Assembly: GCF_006345805.1 (NCBI RefSeq)
Contig: NC_043014.1
Location: forward strand, 29,884,001-29,948,000
DNA length: 64,000 nt
Direction of reading: 5' to 3'
Source of the DNA: Octopus sinensis
Taxonomy: Eukaryota
Part shown: positions 50,840-64,000 of the stretch, in pieces
Numbering within the stretch: the stretch's first letter is position 1
Layout: each line of letters opens with the position of its first letter
Notes under the pieces: generated by a model
The model's database searches: none
What the model was told of the DNA's origin: nothing
What the model saw: the letters and a program-made list of their open reading frames with translations, nothing else
Program-made: the position numbers and the translations under genes

Positions 50840-51960
50840 CCATGGTCCCGGCTATTCGTGGTACGAATAATTGTTTACTGAAACCACTGCATATTCGAGG
50901 AATTATAAATATCATCTGCAATTTTTTGACTTCTTTTCAAGCCAGCAAGAGATGGTTTGACCATTTCCAGGAACAGTTTAAAATAAAGGATGTTTCCCTG
51001 CATGGAGAGACAGCATCAGCTGACAAAGAGGCTGCTGAGAAGTACCTTGAGACCTTCAGGCAGACAAGCCAGAACAGGTTTTCAATATAGATGAGACTGG
51101 CTTGTTCTGGAAGAAGATGCCTTCCAGAATGTACATCATGAAGGGCGAAGCCAGAGCCCCATGATTTAAGGCACAGAAGGACAGAGTGGCAATGTTGGCT
51201 TCATGATGATACCAGGACTTATCTACAAATCCACGAACCCGAGGGCCTTCAAAAATAAAATTCTGCTGCTTGTCCACTGGATGCTCCCTGCTAACACCAC
51301 CGACCTCATCCAGCCTATGGATCAAGGTGTGATCTGTGCCATCAAGTCACTTTACACTCAGAACTCTCTCCAATGTCTTGTGGACACAATAGATTCGGAC
51401 AAGAATTTCAAGCCAAAAGAATACTAGTGTAACTTAACTATCACAATATGCCTATCAGTCATCCATGCTGCTCTTAAAGAGAAGAAAAAAACCCTCATTG
51501 GAAGGTGTGGCTAGAGTGTGACCAGGACTATGAGGACTTCTCACTTAAAGATATTCGTCATGAAGTTGTCAACAATGAGGTGAAACTGGAAAAAGTTCTT
51601 AGAGGTGAAGGTTTTGACGACTTCATGCAAGATGAGGTCAACAATCTCATCGATGCCCACTTTGAAATCCTGACAGATGAAGATTTGTTGGAGTTAACTC
51701 AGTCTACCAGTGAGGGGGTGGAGGCACTAGATCCAGAGGAAGAGGATAATGAGGTAGGCCTGGCAATCAAATGTCTGCCTCACCTTTTAAGGACAGCAAG
51801 AGAGGACAGAAGCATCCCTATATGGTTCGGTCTCTCCAATTTGAAAATGCCATAGATGCTGCCATGCAGACATATAAAACTCTTCTCACCACCATGAAGA
51901 AACATTGACAGCAACTTCCCATCAAGAAAGCCTTGCAAGAAGATACGACATCACATGAAG
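50840..51960 (+). mobile_element. Tigger/pogo (DDE_1) transposase fossil
   Basis: FQASKRWFDHF, GETASADKEAAEKY, VFNIDETGLFWKKMP, LPANTTDLIQPMDQGVI; frameshifted. Confidence 0.88.
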
Positions 51961-52074
51961 AGCTTTAAATATTCTATGCTGTGCAGTCATTAACATCATT
52001 ATTTTCATCATCAATATCATTCATTAATGGTGAATAACCATACATTTTATTCAATTTTCAATTCAATTATTAAA

Positions 52075-52282
52075 TATGGCCCAGTGGTTAGGGCAGCGGA
52101 CTTGCGGTCGGAGGATCGCGGTTTCGATTCCCAGACCGGGCGTTGTGTGTGTTTATTGAGCGAAAACACCTAAAAGCTCCACGATGCTCCGGCAGGGGAT
52201 GGTGGTGATCCCTGCTGTACTCTTTCACCACTCTAAAGGCGGTGCTCCAGCATGGCCGCAGTCAAATGACTGAAACAAGTAC

Positions 52283-52285
<3 letters not shown>
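52075..52285 (+). mobile_element. tRNA-derived SINE (short form)
   Basis: ggcccagtggttagggcagcggac...ggtttcgattccc head; ends ggcggtgctccagcatggccgcagtcaaatgactgaaac plus an A-tail. Confidence 0.85.
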
Positions 52286-52313
<28 letters not shown>

Positions 52314-52567
52314 TGATATATGAATGATATTGATGATGAAAATAATGATGGTAATGACTGCACAGCATAGAATATATAATATATATAATATGTGTATAAT
52401 ATATAATAACGTATATATTATATAATATATATCATATATAATATATATATATATATATAATATATATCATATATATATAATATATGTATAATATATAATA
52501 TACGTATATATTATATAATATATATCATATATATGTATATATATATCATATATATATATATATATAT

Positions 52568-53730
52568 ATGGACGCACAAGAGGTGCAGCAACATTAAAGG
52601 GAAATTAACAGATAAGATAGCTTTCATGTGCAGCAGATGCACAGGGACAATAGACACCACAGACACTCAGAAAGCAGATTCCATCACACTCCAGGGAGAG
52701 AAACTAGAAGTAGTTGATAGTTTCCGCTACCTGGGTGACCAAGTTAGTAGCGGAGGTGGATGCACAGAGAGTATCACCACTAGAATACGAATAGCCTGGG
52801 CAAAGTTCAGAAAGCTCCTACCCCTACTGGCGAAAAAGGGTCTCTCCCTCAGAGCGAAAGGTAGACTGTATGATGCATGTGTGCGAACTGCCATGCTTCA
52901 CGGTAATGAAACATGGGCTATGACTGCAGAGGACATGCGTAGACTTGAAAGAAATGAAGCTAGCATGATCCGCTGGATGTGTAATGTCAGTGTGCACGCA
53001 CGACAGAGTGTAAGCATCCTGAGAGAAATGCTGGATATAAGAAGCATCAGATGTGGTGTGCAAGAGCGACGCTTGCGATGGTATGGTCATGTGCTGCGGA
53101 TGGATTAGAAGAGATGTGTGAAGAAGTGCCACTCCCAAACAGTTGAAGGTATCAGGGGGAGAGGTAGACCCAGGAAGACATGGGATGAGGCAGTCAAGCT
53201 TGACCTCAAAGCGTTGGGCCTCACCGAGGCAATGGCGAAGGACCGAGATCTCTGGAGATATGCTGTGACTGCAAAGACCCGGGCTGCTTCCTGCATCAGT
53301 TCCGCATAGCCCCTGCCCATTCAAAGTACCCCGGATCCCAGATCGTCCCGCTGTGCTTGAGGAGACCTGTTGAGTCAAGTACATGAACACTCCGAACACC
53401 CCTCCCCACTGGTGCTCCCCTATATTTCTGCACCCCACCCCACATAAAAAGCACCATCCTAACGTGGCCGATGCCAGCACCGCCCCGACTGGCTTCTGTG
53501 CAGGTGGCACATAAAAAGCACCAACCGACCGTGGCCGATGCCAGACCCCTCTGGCACCTGTGCAGGTGGCACGTAAAAAGCACCCACTACACTTCGGAGT
53601 GGTTGGCGTTAGGAAGGGCATCCAGCTGTAGAAACACTGCCAGACCAGACTGGAGCAGCCCCTGGCTCCCCAGACCCCGGTCGAAACCATCCAACCCGTG
53701 CTAGCGCAGAAAACGGACGTTAAACGATGA
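52568..53730 (+). mobile_element. 5'-truncated RTE LINE within an AT-rich array
   Basis: ORF 52533-53108 (FRYLGDQ, RLRWYGH); GRGRPRKTW; 3'UTR ending aaacggacgttaaacgatga. Confidence 0.93.
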
Positions 53731-53846
53731 GATATATATATATATAATATGTATCATATATAATATACGTAGATATTATATAATATATATCATATATATT
53801 ATCTCTATATATATATATATATAATATAGTATATATCATATAATAT

Positions 53847-53885
<39 letters not shown>

Positions 53886-54274
53886 CGTATATATCATATA
53901 ATATATATCATATATATATATCATATATATATATATATATATACGTATATATTATATATATATATCATATAATATATATATATAATATACGTATATATTA
54001 TATAATATATATCATTAATATATATATATAATATACGTATATATTATATATATATCATATAATATATATATATAATAATACGTATATTTTAATATAATAT
54101 ATATCATATATATATATATATAATATACGTATATATTATAATATATATCATATAATATATATATATAATATACGTATATATTATATAATATAATCATATA
54201 TATATATATATATATACGTATATTATATAATATATATCATATAATATATATATATTATATAATATATATTATAT

Positions 54275-54321
<47 letters not shown>

Positions 54322-54491
54322 TATATATATCATATAATATATATATATAATATACGTATATTATATAATATATATCATAATAATTATATATATATATATA
54401 TACTATATATATATATATAGATCATATATATATATATATCATATATATATCATATAATATATATATATAATAGCTATATATTATATATATA

Positions 54492-54536
<45 letters not shown>

Positions 54537-54595
54537 CATATATATATATATATATATATAATATATATACGTAAATATATTATATAATATATATC

Positions 54596-54642
<47 letters not shown>

Positions 54643-55362
54643 TATATATATATATATATATCATATATATATATATATATATAATATATGATATATCTAA
54701 TATATATATATATATATGATATATCATATATATAATATATATTGATATATATCATATATATATATATATATATGATATATATCATATATATATATCTATA
54801 TATTGATAATAATATCATTATATATATCTATGATATATATCATATTATATATAGATATATATAATGATATATATCATATATAGATATATTTATATATATG
54901 ATATATATCATATATATATATATAATGAAATATCATATATATATATATATATATGATATATATCATATATATAATATATATATGATATATATCATATATA
55001 TATATATGATATATATCATATAAGATATATATGATATATATCATATATTATATATGATATATATATATATATATATATATATATCATATATATATATATA
55101 ATCATATATAATATATATATATCATATATATATATATATATCTATTATATATATAATATTATATATATATATATATAAATATCTATATCATATATGTATA
55201 ATATTAATATAGTATATATTATATAATATATATCATATATTATATATATATATAATAATGTTAATATATAATCACGTATATATTCTATAATATAATATAT
55301 ATATATATCTAATATATGTATATATATAATATACGTATATATTATATAATATATATCTTATA
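53731..55362. repeat. 1.6-kb degenerate (TA)n satellite with recurring TAATATACGTATATAT and TATCATA units
   Basis: Direct reading; the same units occur at ~52290-52567 and ~58300-58373. Confidence 0.92.
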
Positions 55363-58295
55363 TGATTGATTGATTGATTGATTCTAGTTCAGCTTATGAG
55401 CTGTGGCCATGCTGGGGCACCGCCATTTGGTGTTGCTACTTGGTTTCACTTCATGGAGGCTTTCTAGCAACTGCTATTTGGTGCATGAGAGAGTTCGATG
55501 CAGCTGCCCTCATCTGCCCCTCCTGCCGTGAAGTTGGTTCATCTGGGACACCTGACAGGAAGAGATCCAGCTTCATTTTAAAGACATCTGTATCCACCCC
55601 ATGCAGGTCTCTCAGGTTCTTCGGGAGGATATTGAAGAGCTGTGGGCCTCGGAAGCCCAGGCTATCACAGAATCTTGTCCTACATCTTGATGGCAGGTTT
55701 GGAGTCCTAGGCACCACGCAGTGGCGCCCAGTTCTGGCATTTGCGTAACTCTCAATGCCAAAGTTCAGGACACTTCCCTCCAGGATCTTCCAGATTATAT
55801 TATGGCATATCTTTCCCGCCTACGCTCCAGGGAATATAATTTTAATCTCTTGAGTCTTTCCCAGTAGCTTACATTCTGCATAGAGGCTATCTTCTTTGTG
55901 TAGCTTCGTTGGATCGCCTCAAGTTCTGTGATCAACTTGACACTGGATGGTGACCATAGCTGAGAGCAATAGTCAAAGTGGCTTAGGACAAGTGTCTTCC
56001 AGAGGACCATCATGGTTTCTTGTTCTCTTGTTCTAAAGGTTCTAAGAATCCATCCAGCCAGCCGTCTACATTTCATTGTCAGTTTAGCAACATGTACATG
56101 AAAGGTCGCGTCATCACTCATGTGAATACCCAGGTCACGCACTGATTGTGCCTCTGGGATTGCAATCCCTCTGGGTCCAGTGTATTCATTGGGTATTGCA
56201 TTCAGTTTTGCATGCTGATAGTATAAAGCTTGAAACTTTTCCAGCATTGAACTGCATGCTATTCTTTTCAGCCCACTTGTATATTTCGTCCAGCTCACAT
56301 TGCAGGTGTTTAGTGTCCTCAGGGTTCTGTATTGCCTGTGAAACTTTTGTATCATCTGCATAACTTGTGATCGTGGCTCTCTGCGTGGCTGAGGGCATGT
56401 CTGAGAGGGCCATTATGAACAGTAGTGGTCCCAGAACAGTGCCCTGCGGAACACCGCTCACTATTTGTGTGTTAATGGAGGTGGCCCCATTGGCTACTAC
56501 CACCTGACTTCTATCCTTCAGAAAGTCATGAAGCCATTCTCCCAGTTTTCCAACTATGTTGAGATCACACAGTTTGTGACATATCACTCCATGATCGACT
56601 TTATCAAAGGCCTTTGCAAAGTCGAGATATATCACTTCCACATTTGAGTGGTTGAGCAGCCGTTTCAGCACCCAGTCATAGTGTTGTAGGAGCTGAGTTA
56701 AACAGCTTCTCCCTGGTCGGAAACCATGTTGGGTGTCGGGCAGCAAGTCATTCTCTTCAAGGAAGGTGATCAGCTTCCTTCTGACTATTCGTTCATGACC
56801 TTGCTGATGTGTGAGGTCAGAGAGATAGGTCTATAGTTCTTGGCTTCCGCTCTGCTACCTCCTTTATGAATGGGGCATATTTTACCTTCCTTCAGTTTTC
56901 CTGGAAGTTTGCCAGCTGCAAGGAAGCTCTGAAAGAGGAACTGCAGTGGTCTTGCTAGGACTCTCTTACATGCTTTTAGGAGGATTGCCGGGATCCATCG
57001 GGGCCAGTAGCTGAGTCTGTTTTCATTTCATCTATAGCCTTGGTTACATCGTCTTCCTTTATATCGATGTAATCTATCGTCGCCGCCTCTGATTTTATAT
57101 CTGCAGTGGTAAAAAAGTCAGTTGGATTGGTGATTTGGAGATGCCCAAGGGGTGGAGTGAAAACACTCTTGAATTGCTCATTCAGTATTTCACTTACCCT
57201 CATTGGTTTTCCTGTAAGTGTGCCATCCTTTTCGAGGAGTGGCCCTATTCTATAGTGCACTGTAGCTGTTTCTTTGGCATACCTGTAGAAAGCTCTGGGG
57301 TTAGATTTTATGTTTGTCTATAGCCCAGGCTTCTTTGTCTGCTCTTTCTTTTCATGGGAGAGTTGCAGACATTTTTCGATTTCCAACAGTTTTATTTTTA
57401 GGCGGGACTTCTTCACTGCTTTCAATCTGTTTGTTTAGGCGATTTGAAAATTTCGTACGCCATCTCATAAAATTTTCCTCTCTCTGGGGATTTTGTTCTT
57501 GTGTACAGTGGCCTTTCTCTCTGGGACACATTTGTAGCATATGGCTTGCATTACAGAATTGTTGAAGTTTCACGTCGATGTCTGGCGAGGAGAGACATTT
57601 AGGCAGTTTTTGTTTGAGGATCTCTTTCTCAATTTGTTTCCAGTTTGCCTTATGGTAGTTCAAGCTGGAAAGATTTTGAGGGTTCTTGTAGGCTGCATGT
57701 CCGTGCTCTCTTTTGGCCCGTACATGGTCAGCTCTATCATGTTGTGATCCGAGAGTAGTGTCGTGTCACTTTCACATTATGGATGAGATCCATGTCATTT
57801 GTGAAGCAGAGATCCAGTGTGTTACCTGCCCTGGTTGGTTGGAGTATTACCTGCTCCATGTACAGGGTGTTGATGAGGTTCAGGAGGGACCTCGCCTGTC
57901 CTCGTTCACATCTTGTCATTCCTGGGAGAGAAAGGCCCTCGGGCCATCTGACATTGGGCAGTTGAAGTCTCCCATAAGAAGCACACCTATGTGTGTTTCT
58001 AATGTGGTTAGAATTTCTTCTATTTTTATAAGGCAGTCTTCAAACTTGCCCACATGGCTTGGGGCATATCTGGAGGGCATTGTAGCACACACAACTACAT
58101 CAAGTTGCCTAATATGTACAATTAGTGTGCACACACCGAGTTTGAGTATGACAAGAGGACCTGGGGTGTGAGGTTCCTCACGGATTTCCATAGCAACACC
58201 TCCATACTCCTTTCTTTCCTGTCGGTCCGTAGCACAGCATACTGTGGTATGTGTAACTCCGCATCTGCTATGTCCGTTTCAGGTGCGTTTCTGTA
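55363..58295 (-). mobile_element. CR1-type LINE, near-complete ORF2 (APE endonuclease plus RT), frameshifted
   Basis: TETHL, LMGDFN, RAGNTLDLCFTN, ATGPDG, QHGFRPGRSCLTQLL, YLDFAKAFDKVDH, GVPQGTVLGPLLF, YADDTK, RDLGI, SLERRRER; (AATC)n tail. Confidence 0.93.
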
Positions 58296-58373
58296 TTATT
58301 ATATGTATAATATATAATATACGTATATATTATATAATATATATCTATATATATATATATATATATATATATA

Positions 58374-58473
58374 NNNNNNNNNNNNNNNNNNNNNNNNNNN
58401 NNNNNNNNNNNNNNNNNNNNNNNNNNNNNNNNNNNNNNNNNNNNNNNNNNNNNNNNNNNNNNNNNNNNNNNNN
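58374..58473. other. Assembly gap (100 N)
   Basis: N run inside a TA-rich tract; true length unknown. Confidence 1.
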
Positions 58474-58688
58474 ATATATAACATACATACACACATACAT
58501 GCATATATATATACATATATACACACATACATGCTATATATATACATATATACACACATGCATATATATATACATATATACATATACATATATAACACAC
58601 ACCCACATATACACACACATACACCCAACATACCTACACGCACACACACCACACACACACTAAATATATATATATATATAATATATAT

Positions 58689-58734
<46 letters not shown>

Positions 58735-59374
58735 TATATCACAATATATATACAACGTCAATCATAAATGACTACAGAATATTTGCTCCAGTTTCGTCGT
58801 GTCAATGAAGATTGAACAATATTTTTATTAGAGGAAAAGAATTATTTTTTTAAATAATGTTATGCGGGAAGATAAAGGTGCGAGAATGAATGTTACGAAA
58901 TTAAACTGATAATGTTCTTCAGTAAAAGGCGACTAACGTGACAAGCACTCCAAGATTTAACAACCAACCCCCGTAATTAAATTACAAATAAAATTAATAA
59001 CGTAACTAACTCTCACAAGCAAGGATACCCAGTCTTCGTTCAGAATATAATAGAAAATAGCTGGAATTTGGATGACTAATAAGTTAATTCTAGAGAACCG
59101 GTTTTCATTACTTGGATGGGCCACTATTCTGTCATCTGCTTTGTGTACAAGAGTTCGTTGAATTTAAAGTAAGGCTTTGAATTGCTAGGCTTAGTCTCTT
59201 TCAAGAGAGAGAGAGAGAGAGAGAGAGAAGAAAATCCATATATACATACATATATAAATAAATAAATGTGTGTGTGTGTATATATATATATAGAGAGAGA
59301 GTGTGTGTGTGTGTAATATATATATAGAGAGAGAGTGTGTGTGTGTGTATATATATATATAGAGAGAGAGAGAG

Positions 59375-59407
<33 letters not shown>

Positions 59408-61319
59408 CGGACACACCAACATAGTTAAGAATACGGACAAATAAATGCTATGTGAGAAAGGGAAAGCTAAGAGTTCAAAATACGAGTAGGAGGATGTGTG
59501 CAGTAGACACCAGTATTGTCTGTCACATCATAATAGAAGTTATGCATTTAGATCAATTAGAGTGATTTCTAGGAATTCGGAAATAAAAAGTGTTCGTAGA
59601 AGGAAATGAGGGTAATTAAAGATTTAGAGATTAAAAATATTTTTTTTTGTATTTGAGGCCAAAAAAAAAAAAAGATTAGCGAATGACCTACACATACCAG
59701 GCGTATCAATATGAAGACAAACAGATATAGAGAGAAACAGACGAATAGAGACACTATATCCAAAGAAAGCTACAAAGATAAATGGGTGCAGTGTGGGAGG
59801 TGGGCATAAACTTATAGAGACAGAAGAAAGCAAGCACAGAGACCCCAGACAGACAAACGAACAACAGAACATTGTAATATTAGTCAGGACAGACTAACAG
59901 ACAAATGGACAGAAAGAGAGCAAATATAGAAAAGAGATTTATATTCACAAAGGTTCTTTTTATAAATGGAAAGAAAAAATGGAGGCAAACATTTGTAATC
60001 TATTCCAATCTTTACTGATCAATTTTTATTTATCAAGACACTAATTGCAAAATATATATATATACATAAATATAAGTAGAGCTGATACGAAACTGGCTAA
60101 TTAGGGGCTGTGACATTAACACGAGTTGACAAAATAAATACCACTAATTATAATTAAGGTCAGCAATTCAATACATCTACATTCACTTGGTCCTGGTGCA
60201 TGTACTGGTGTGCGAGGATAATCAATAAACCAATAAATCTATACATTGAAGGAAAACATGACTATAGTGCATGGCTTATAGGTTTTTGGGGGGGGAGGGG
60301 GGTCCAGCGGTGGATACAGTCTTTTTCTGTTTATTTGAGCTCGACGAAGTGGGAAAACAGCTGCGATGTTAGTTTTCTAAGTATTGGTAATTGGTGACTA
60401 ATGAATGAAACGAAATAACAGTTACTAACGAGTTTCGAAACAGGATTGCATAATCGGATTGTCGACAGCTTTTGTTCTGCGACGCTAGCGCGCGCACATT
60501 TGTCTGTCTGTATTATGAGATTTACCTACTATTATTAATGATGAATAAACTTCCTTTCAAAAGGTTCGAACAAATCTTTATAACACTGTTCTACTGTCTC
60601 TCGATCATTCCATACTTGCAATACATTTCGTAAAGAGATTCTGAGGTTCAATAATTATATGTATCACACCTTTAACAGGCGAATGGAATAGTGAAGTTAA
60701 AGAGTGTGACAAAGGATGTAGCAAGAAAGACAAATGGAAAAGACAGAAGAGAGGAGACGGGAGAGCGAGACACGGGCAGACAGGGATGGAAAAGGACAGG
60801 TAAAAAGAGAAAGAGAGAGAGAGAAAGAAGTGAAGAAAAAGAAAATGAGATGAACCACAGAGAAAACATACGTAGACGAAACAGAAAAACGAAGTTGGAA
60901 AAAGAAGGGCCAAAAGAAATGAATAGAGAAGAGAAAAGAACCGGCAGATGGAAGGAAGAACAAACAAAATAGTACAGGAAAGGTTTTAATTAAAAGAAAC
61001 CAGACCAGTCAAATGTCTAGCAATTTGTATGTGTCAAAAAAAAAGGGGGCTCTGAAACATCAAAACTAAACACACACACACACATTATCTATCTATCTTC
61101 CGTAAGTCTAAACATCATATATGTGAGTGTCTCTAAAGTTCCCTCAGTTGTTAAAATACCCACTATTAAAACAGGTTTACCTGCAAACTAGGTCAATTTC
61201 GAAGAATTTTTAACCTTTCATATTAATTCACAAAAGGCTATGTGACATGTACATGAATATATTATACAGGATCGTTTTCTATATACACCCACTATCATAT
61301 TGCTGTGTGTATATCTGTA

Positions 61320-61326
61320 TTGCATA

Positions 61327-61384
<58 letters not shown>

Positions 61385-61880
61385 TATACACATACATGCA
61401 TACACATATGAGTACACATACATATACATGTATGCACATACACACATGCACATTCATATATATATATACATATATGCACACACACACACACATATATATA
61501 CATACATACATGCATATATATACACATGCATATATATATACATGCATATACATATATATACATACAGGAATATACATATATATATATACATACATGCATA
61601 TACATATATATACATACAGGAATACCATATATATATATACATACATGCATATACATATATATATATATACATACATGCATATACATATATGTATACATAC
61701 ATATATATATACATACATGCATATACATATATGTATACATACATGCATATATGTATACATACATGCATATACATATATGTATACATACATGCATATACAT
61801 ATATGCATATACATATATGTATACATACATGCATATACATATATGTATACATACATGCATATACAAATATGTATACATAC
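61320..61880. repeat. Compound TA/CA satellite (CATACATGCATATACATATATGTATA-like units)
   Basis: Direct reading; it explains the overlapping low-complexity ORFs there. Confidence 0.92.
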
Positions 61881-62477
61881 ACTGTGTCCTTGTCATTTTT
61901 TCTCACCCCTCCTTAATTCTTCTGTCCCTCTGCTTCTACTTCTCTCTCTTCCCTTCCCATATGACCGGCGTTCGGCTAAGCCTGTTCTTTGTTTCCTGGT
62001 CTGGTCGGTGTCCGTGCAACATCGATATTTCTCCCTCTGTCTGTGAAATCTTCTATCCCTGCTGTAAGGCTTCATTTTCACACACGTCAGCCTAATTTAA
62101 TTCGTCATAAGTCGAAAGACACCTGTTGTTATGTCCTGTTATTATTTTTATTTTAGTGTAACATTGTCCGTTTTTTTTCCGTCCTTGTTTTTGTACACAT
62201 TCACTGCTTTCTTCCAAGGAATCTAATGCTCTTAGCTTAGTTTTTCCTTGGGGCTGGCCAGATTGGAGCAATCTTGAGTATAATCAGCCGAAATTGCGAA
62301 GATAATCTGGTACTTGACTGAGGAAAGAAAACTTCGACTGACCCGTCATTCTTTTCTTTGTATCGTCTATCTGGATGTTTTGTTGTCCCATTTTTGTATC
62401 ACCTAACTGTCTGGATGTTTTGCGTTCTTGTCCCATTTTGTATTTATATATATATATATATATATAACTTAAAATAA

Positions 62478-63735
62478 CTTAGAAAGGTTTCGGCCAGTAT
62501 TGGCCCAGGCCATGTCTAACTTCAGAGCACCACCTGGCGAAGTCTTTCAATTCAGGATTTGGGCACCAAGGCCCATTCGAGAAGAGAGTTATTGTTTGCG
62601 GAAACATATTGGGATGTGGGTGGTTTGTCCAGGACTGCTTGGAGGAATTTGTCCAAAGACTTCTTGAATTTTGTGTGGTCAGTTTCTGTTTTGATGTGTC
62701 CTGGTGTAATGTTGAAGAGAGTTGGGTGATGCCAACATCATTTGGACAGTGCTGATGGAATATTTTCCACATTATACAAATAATGTAGTGCTCACGGCAT
62801 CATTGGAGTGAATAGAGTTTCAGCTTTTCTAATTGACCCCAGCAGTCGAGGTCTGACATGCCATCTATCTTTTTCATGATTGCCCTTTGGGGAGCTTCAA
62901 TTTTCATAATGTTTTGTTTCGTGTAGGGGGACCACAGTGGACAGCAGTATTCAAGGTGGGGGTCGGGCAAAAGTGGAGAAGAGAAGGATAATGGTGTGGG
63001 AATCACTTGACTGGAAGGTTCTGAGAATCCAGGAACACATTCTGCAGGCTATGTCAACTTTGCTGCTTATATGTGTAGCCCAGCTTATGTTGTTGTCCAC
63101 AGTTACTCCCAAGTTTCTGATGTTGTTAGATGCCATGAGAATTTCACCAGAAAGAAGGGAGTTTCAGAGCGTCCTCCCTTCAAAAGTGGATCAGTTCGAA
63201 TTTGCCTTTGCTTAGCAACATGTTGTTCCTTTCCGCCCGTTGGACAACAGCCAGTAGGTCTGACTGAAGGCTTATCTGGTCATCCATACCATTGATGACC
63301 TTCTGGAGCTTGGAATCATCAGCGAACATTCTGATGTTACTGTGTTTGATGATATCAGTAATGTCATTAATATAGATGAAGAGAAGTGGGCCCAACACAG
63401 TGCCTTGTGGGACACCACTACTGACTTTGGCTGGGCTGGATTTGACTCCTTTGACTACAACATGTAGGGTTCTGTTTAACAAGAAGCACTTGATCCACTG
63501 CAGCAGCTTTCCAGTGACACCAATATTGGACAGCTTTCTAAAAAAGGATCTTATGATCAACACTTTCAAAGGCCTTGCTGAACTCGAACCCTCCCCCAAG
63601 GCTCTCAAAATGTCATCAAAATGATGCAGTAGCTGCATCAGGCAATCCCTTCCATTACGGAATCCATGCTGGTTGGAGTTCAGCATATTATTGCTCTCAA
63701 GGAAGTGAGTCATTCGCGATCTCACCACTCACACA
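62478..63735 (-). mobile_element. CR1-type LINE RT fragment (second subfamily)
   Basis: NQHGFRNGRDCLMQLL, GVPQGTVLGPLLF, FADDSKL, RNLGV, LEYCCPLWSP, KLYSLQ. Confidence 0.9.
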
Positions 63736-63769
63736 AATACCTTAATGATATGAGAGATGAACACATACG

Positions 63770-64000
63770 TCATCATCATCATCGTTTAACGTCCGCTTTC
63801 CACGCTAGCACGGGTTGGATGGTTCGACTGGGGTCTGGGAAGCCAGGGGCTGCACCAGGCTCCAGTCTGATCTGGCAGAGTTTCTACAGCTGGATGCCCT
63901 TCCTAACGCCAACCACTCCACGAGTGTAGTGGATGCTTTTTACGTGCCACCTGCACAGGTGCCGGGGGGGGTTCCGGCATCAGCCACGATCGGTTGGAGC
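63770..64000 (-). mobile_element. RTE 3'UTR end (continues beyond window)
   Basis: catcatcatcatcgtttaacgtccgctttccacgctagcacgggttggatgg. Confidence 0.88.

Noticed and set aside
52075-52140. tRNA gene
   Set aside because: A/B-box-like head without a complete cloverleaf, continuing into a SINE body.
59624-59872. ORF MFCCSFVCLGSLCLL... as the receptor's signal-peptide exon
   Set aside because: The hydrophobicity follows from CT/GT low-complexity sequence, and it is too long for a signal peptide; no independent support.
58244-62095. Long Y/I/H/T/C/V/M-rich ORFs (up to 248 aa) and K/R/E-rich ORFs
   Set aside because: Translation artefacts of TA/CA microsatellites and a purine-rich tract.
62255-62312. 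Hammerhead-like fold (CCAGAT...GAAA-TTGCGAA...ATCTGG)
   Set aside because: A stem I and GAAA are present, but the CUGANGA box reads TTGGAGC; not supportable from this copy.

Overview
AT-rich, repeat-dense animal genomic DNA. The repeat repertoire (RTE and CR1-type LINEs, tRNA-derived SINEs with (AAT)n/(CAT)n tails, long (TA)n tracts) resembles octopus/cephalopod DNA; this is inference, not a database match. The main host feature is the 3' part of a minus-strand gene that the ORF track largely misses. Six GT-AG, phase-compatible exons (40783-40442, 36913-36896, 33219-33082, 25178-25145, 24293-24193, 24135-24107) join into an Ig domain, an 18-nt micro-exon stalk, a transmembrane helix with a central Pro-Glu, and a ~70-aa tail ending in an ITIM-consensus motif (VTYQQL). 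This describes a type-I Ig-superfamily receptor whose 5' exons were not found. Other notable signals: an inverted pair of minimal hammerhead-ribozyme motifs in a Penelope-like repeat (1076-1373); a 200-bp hairpin with hammerhead-like cores (7083-7290); a solo LTR with a CRE/NRF1-like tandem array in an intron (34530-35084); a 1.3-kb two-LTR mini Gypsy element; and a CR1-type LINE whose 3' stem-loop co-varies with that of a SINE family in the window. The rest is TE fossils (mariner, Tigger/pogo, hAT, Helitron, RTE, R4-like, CR1) and micro/minisatellites, with a 100-N gap. Everything was read by eye. Exon and motif coordinates were counted base by base; repeat boundaries are approximate (tens of nt).
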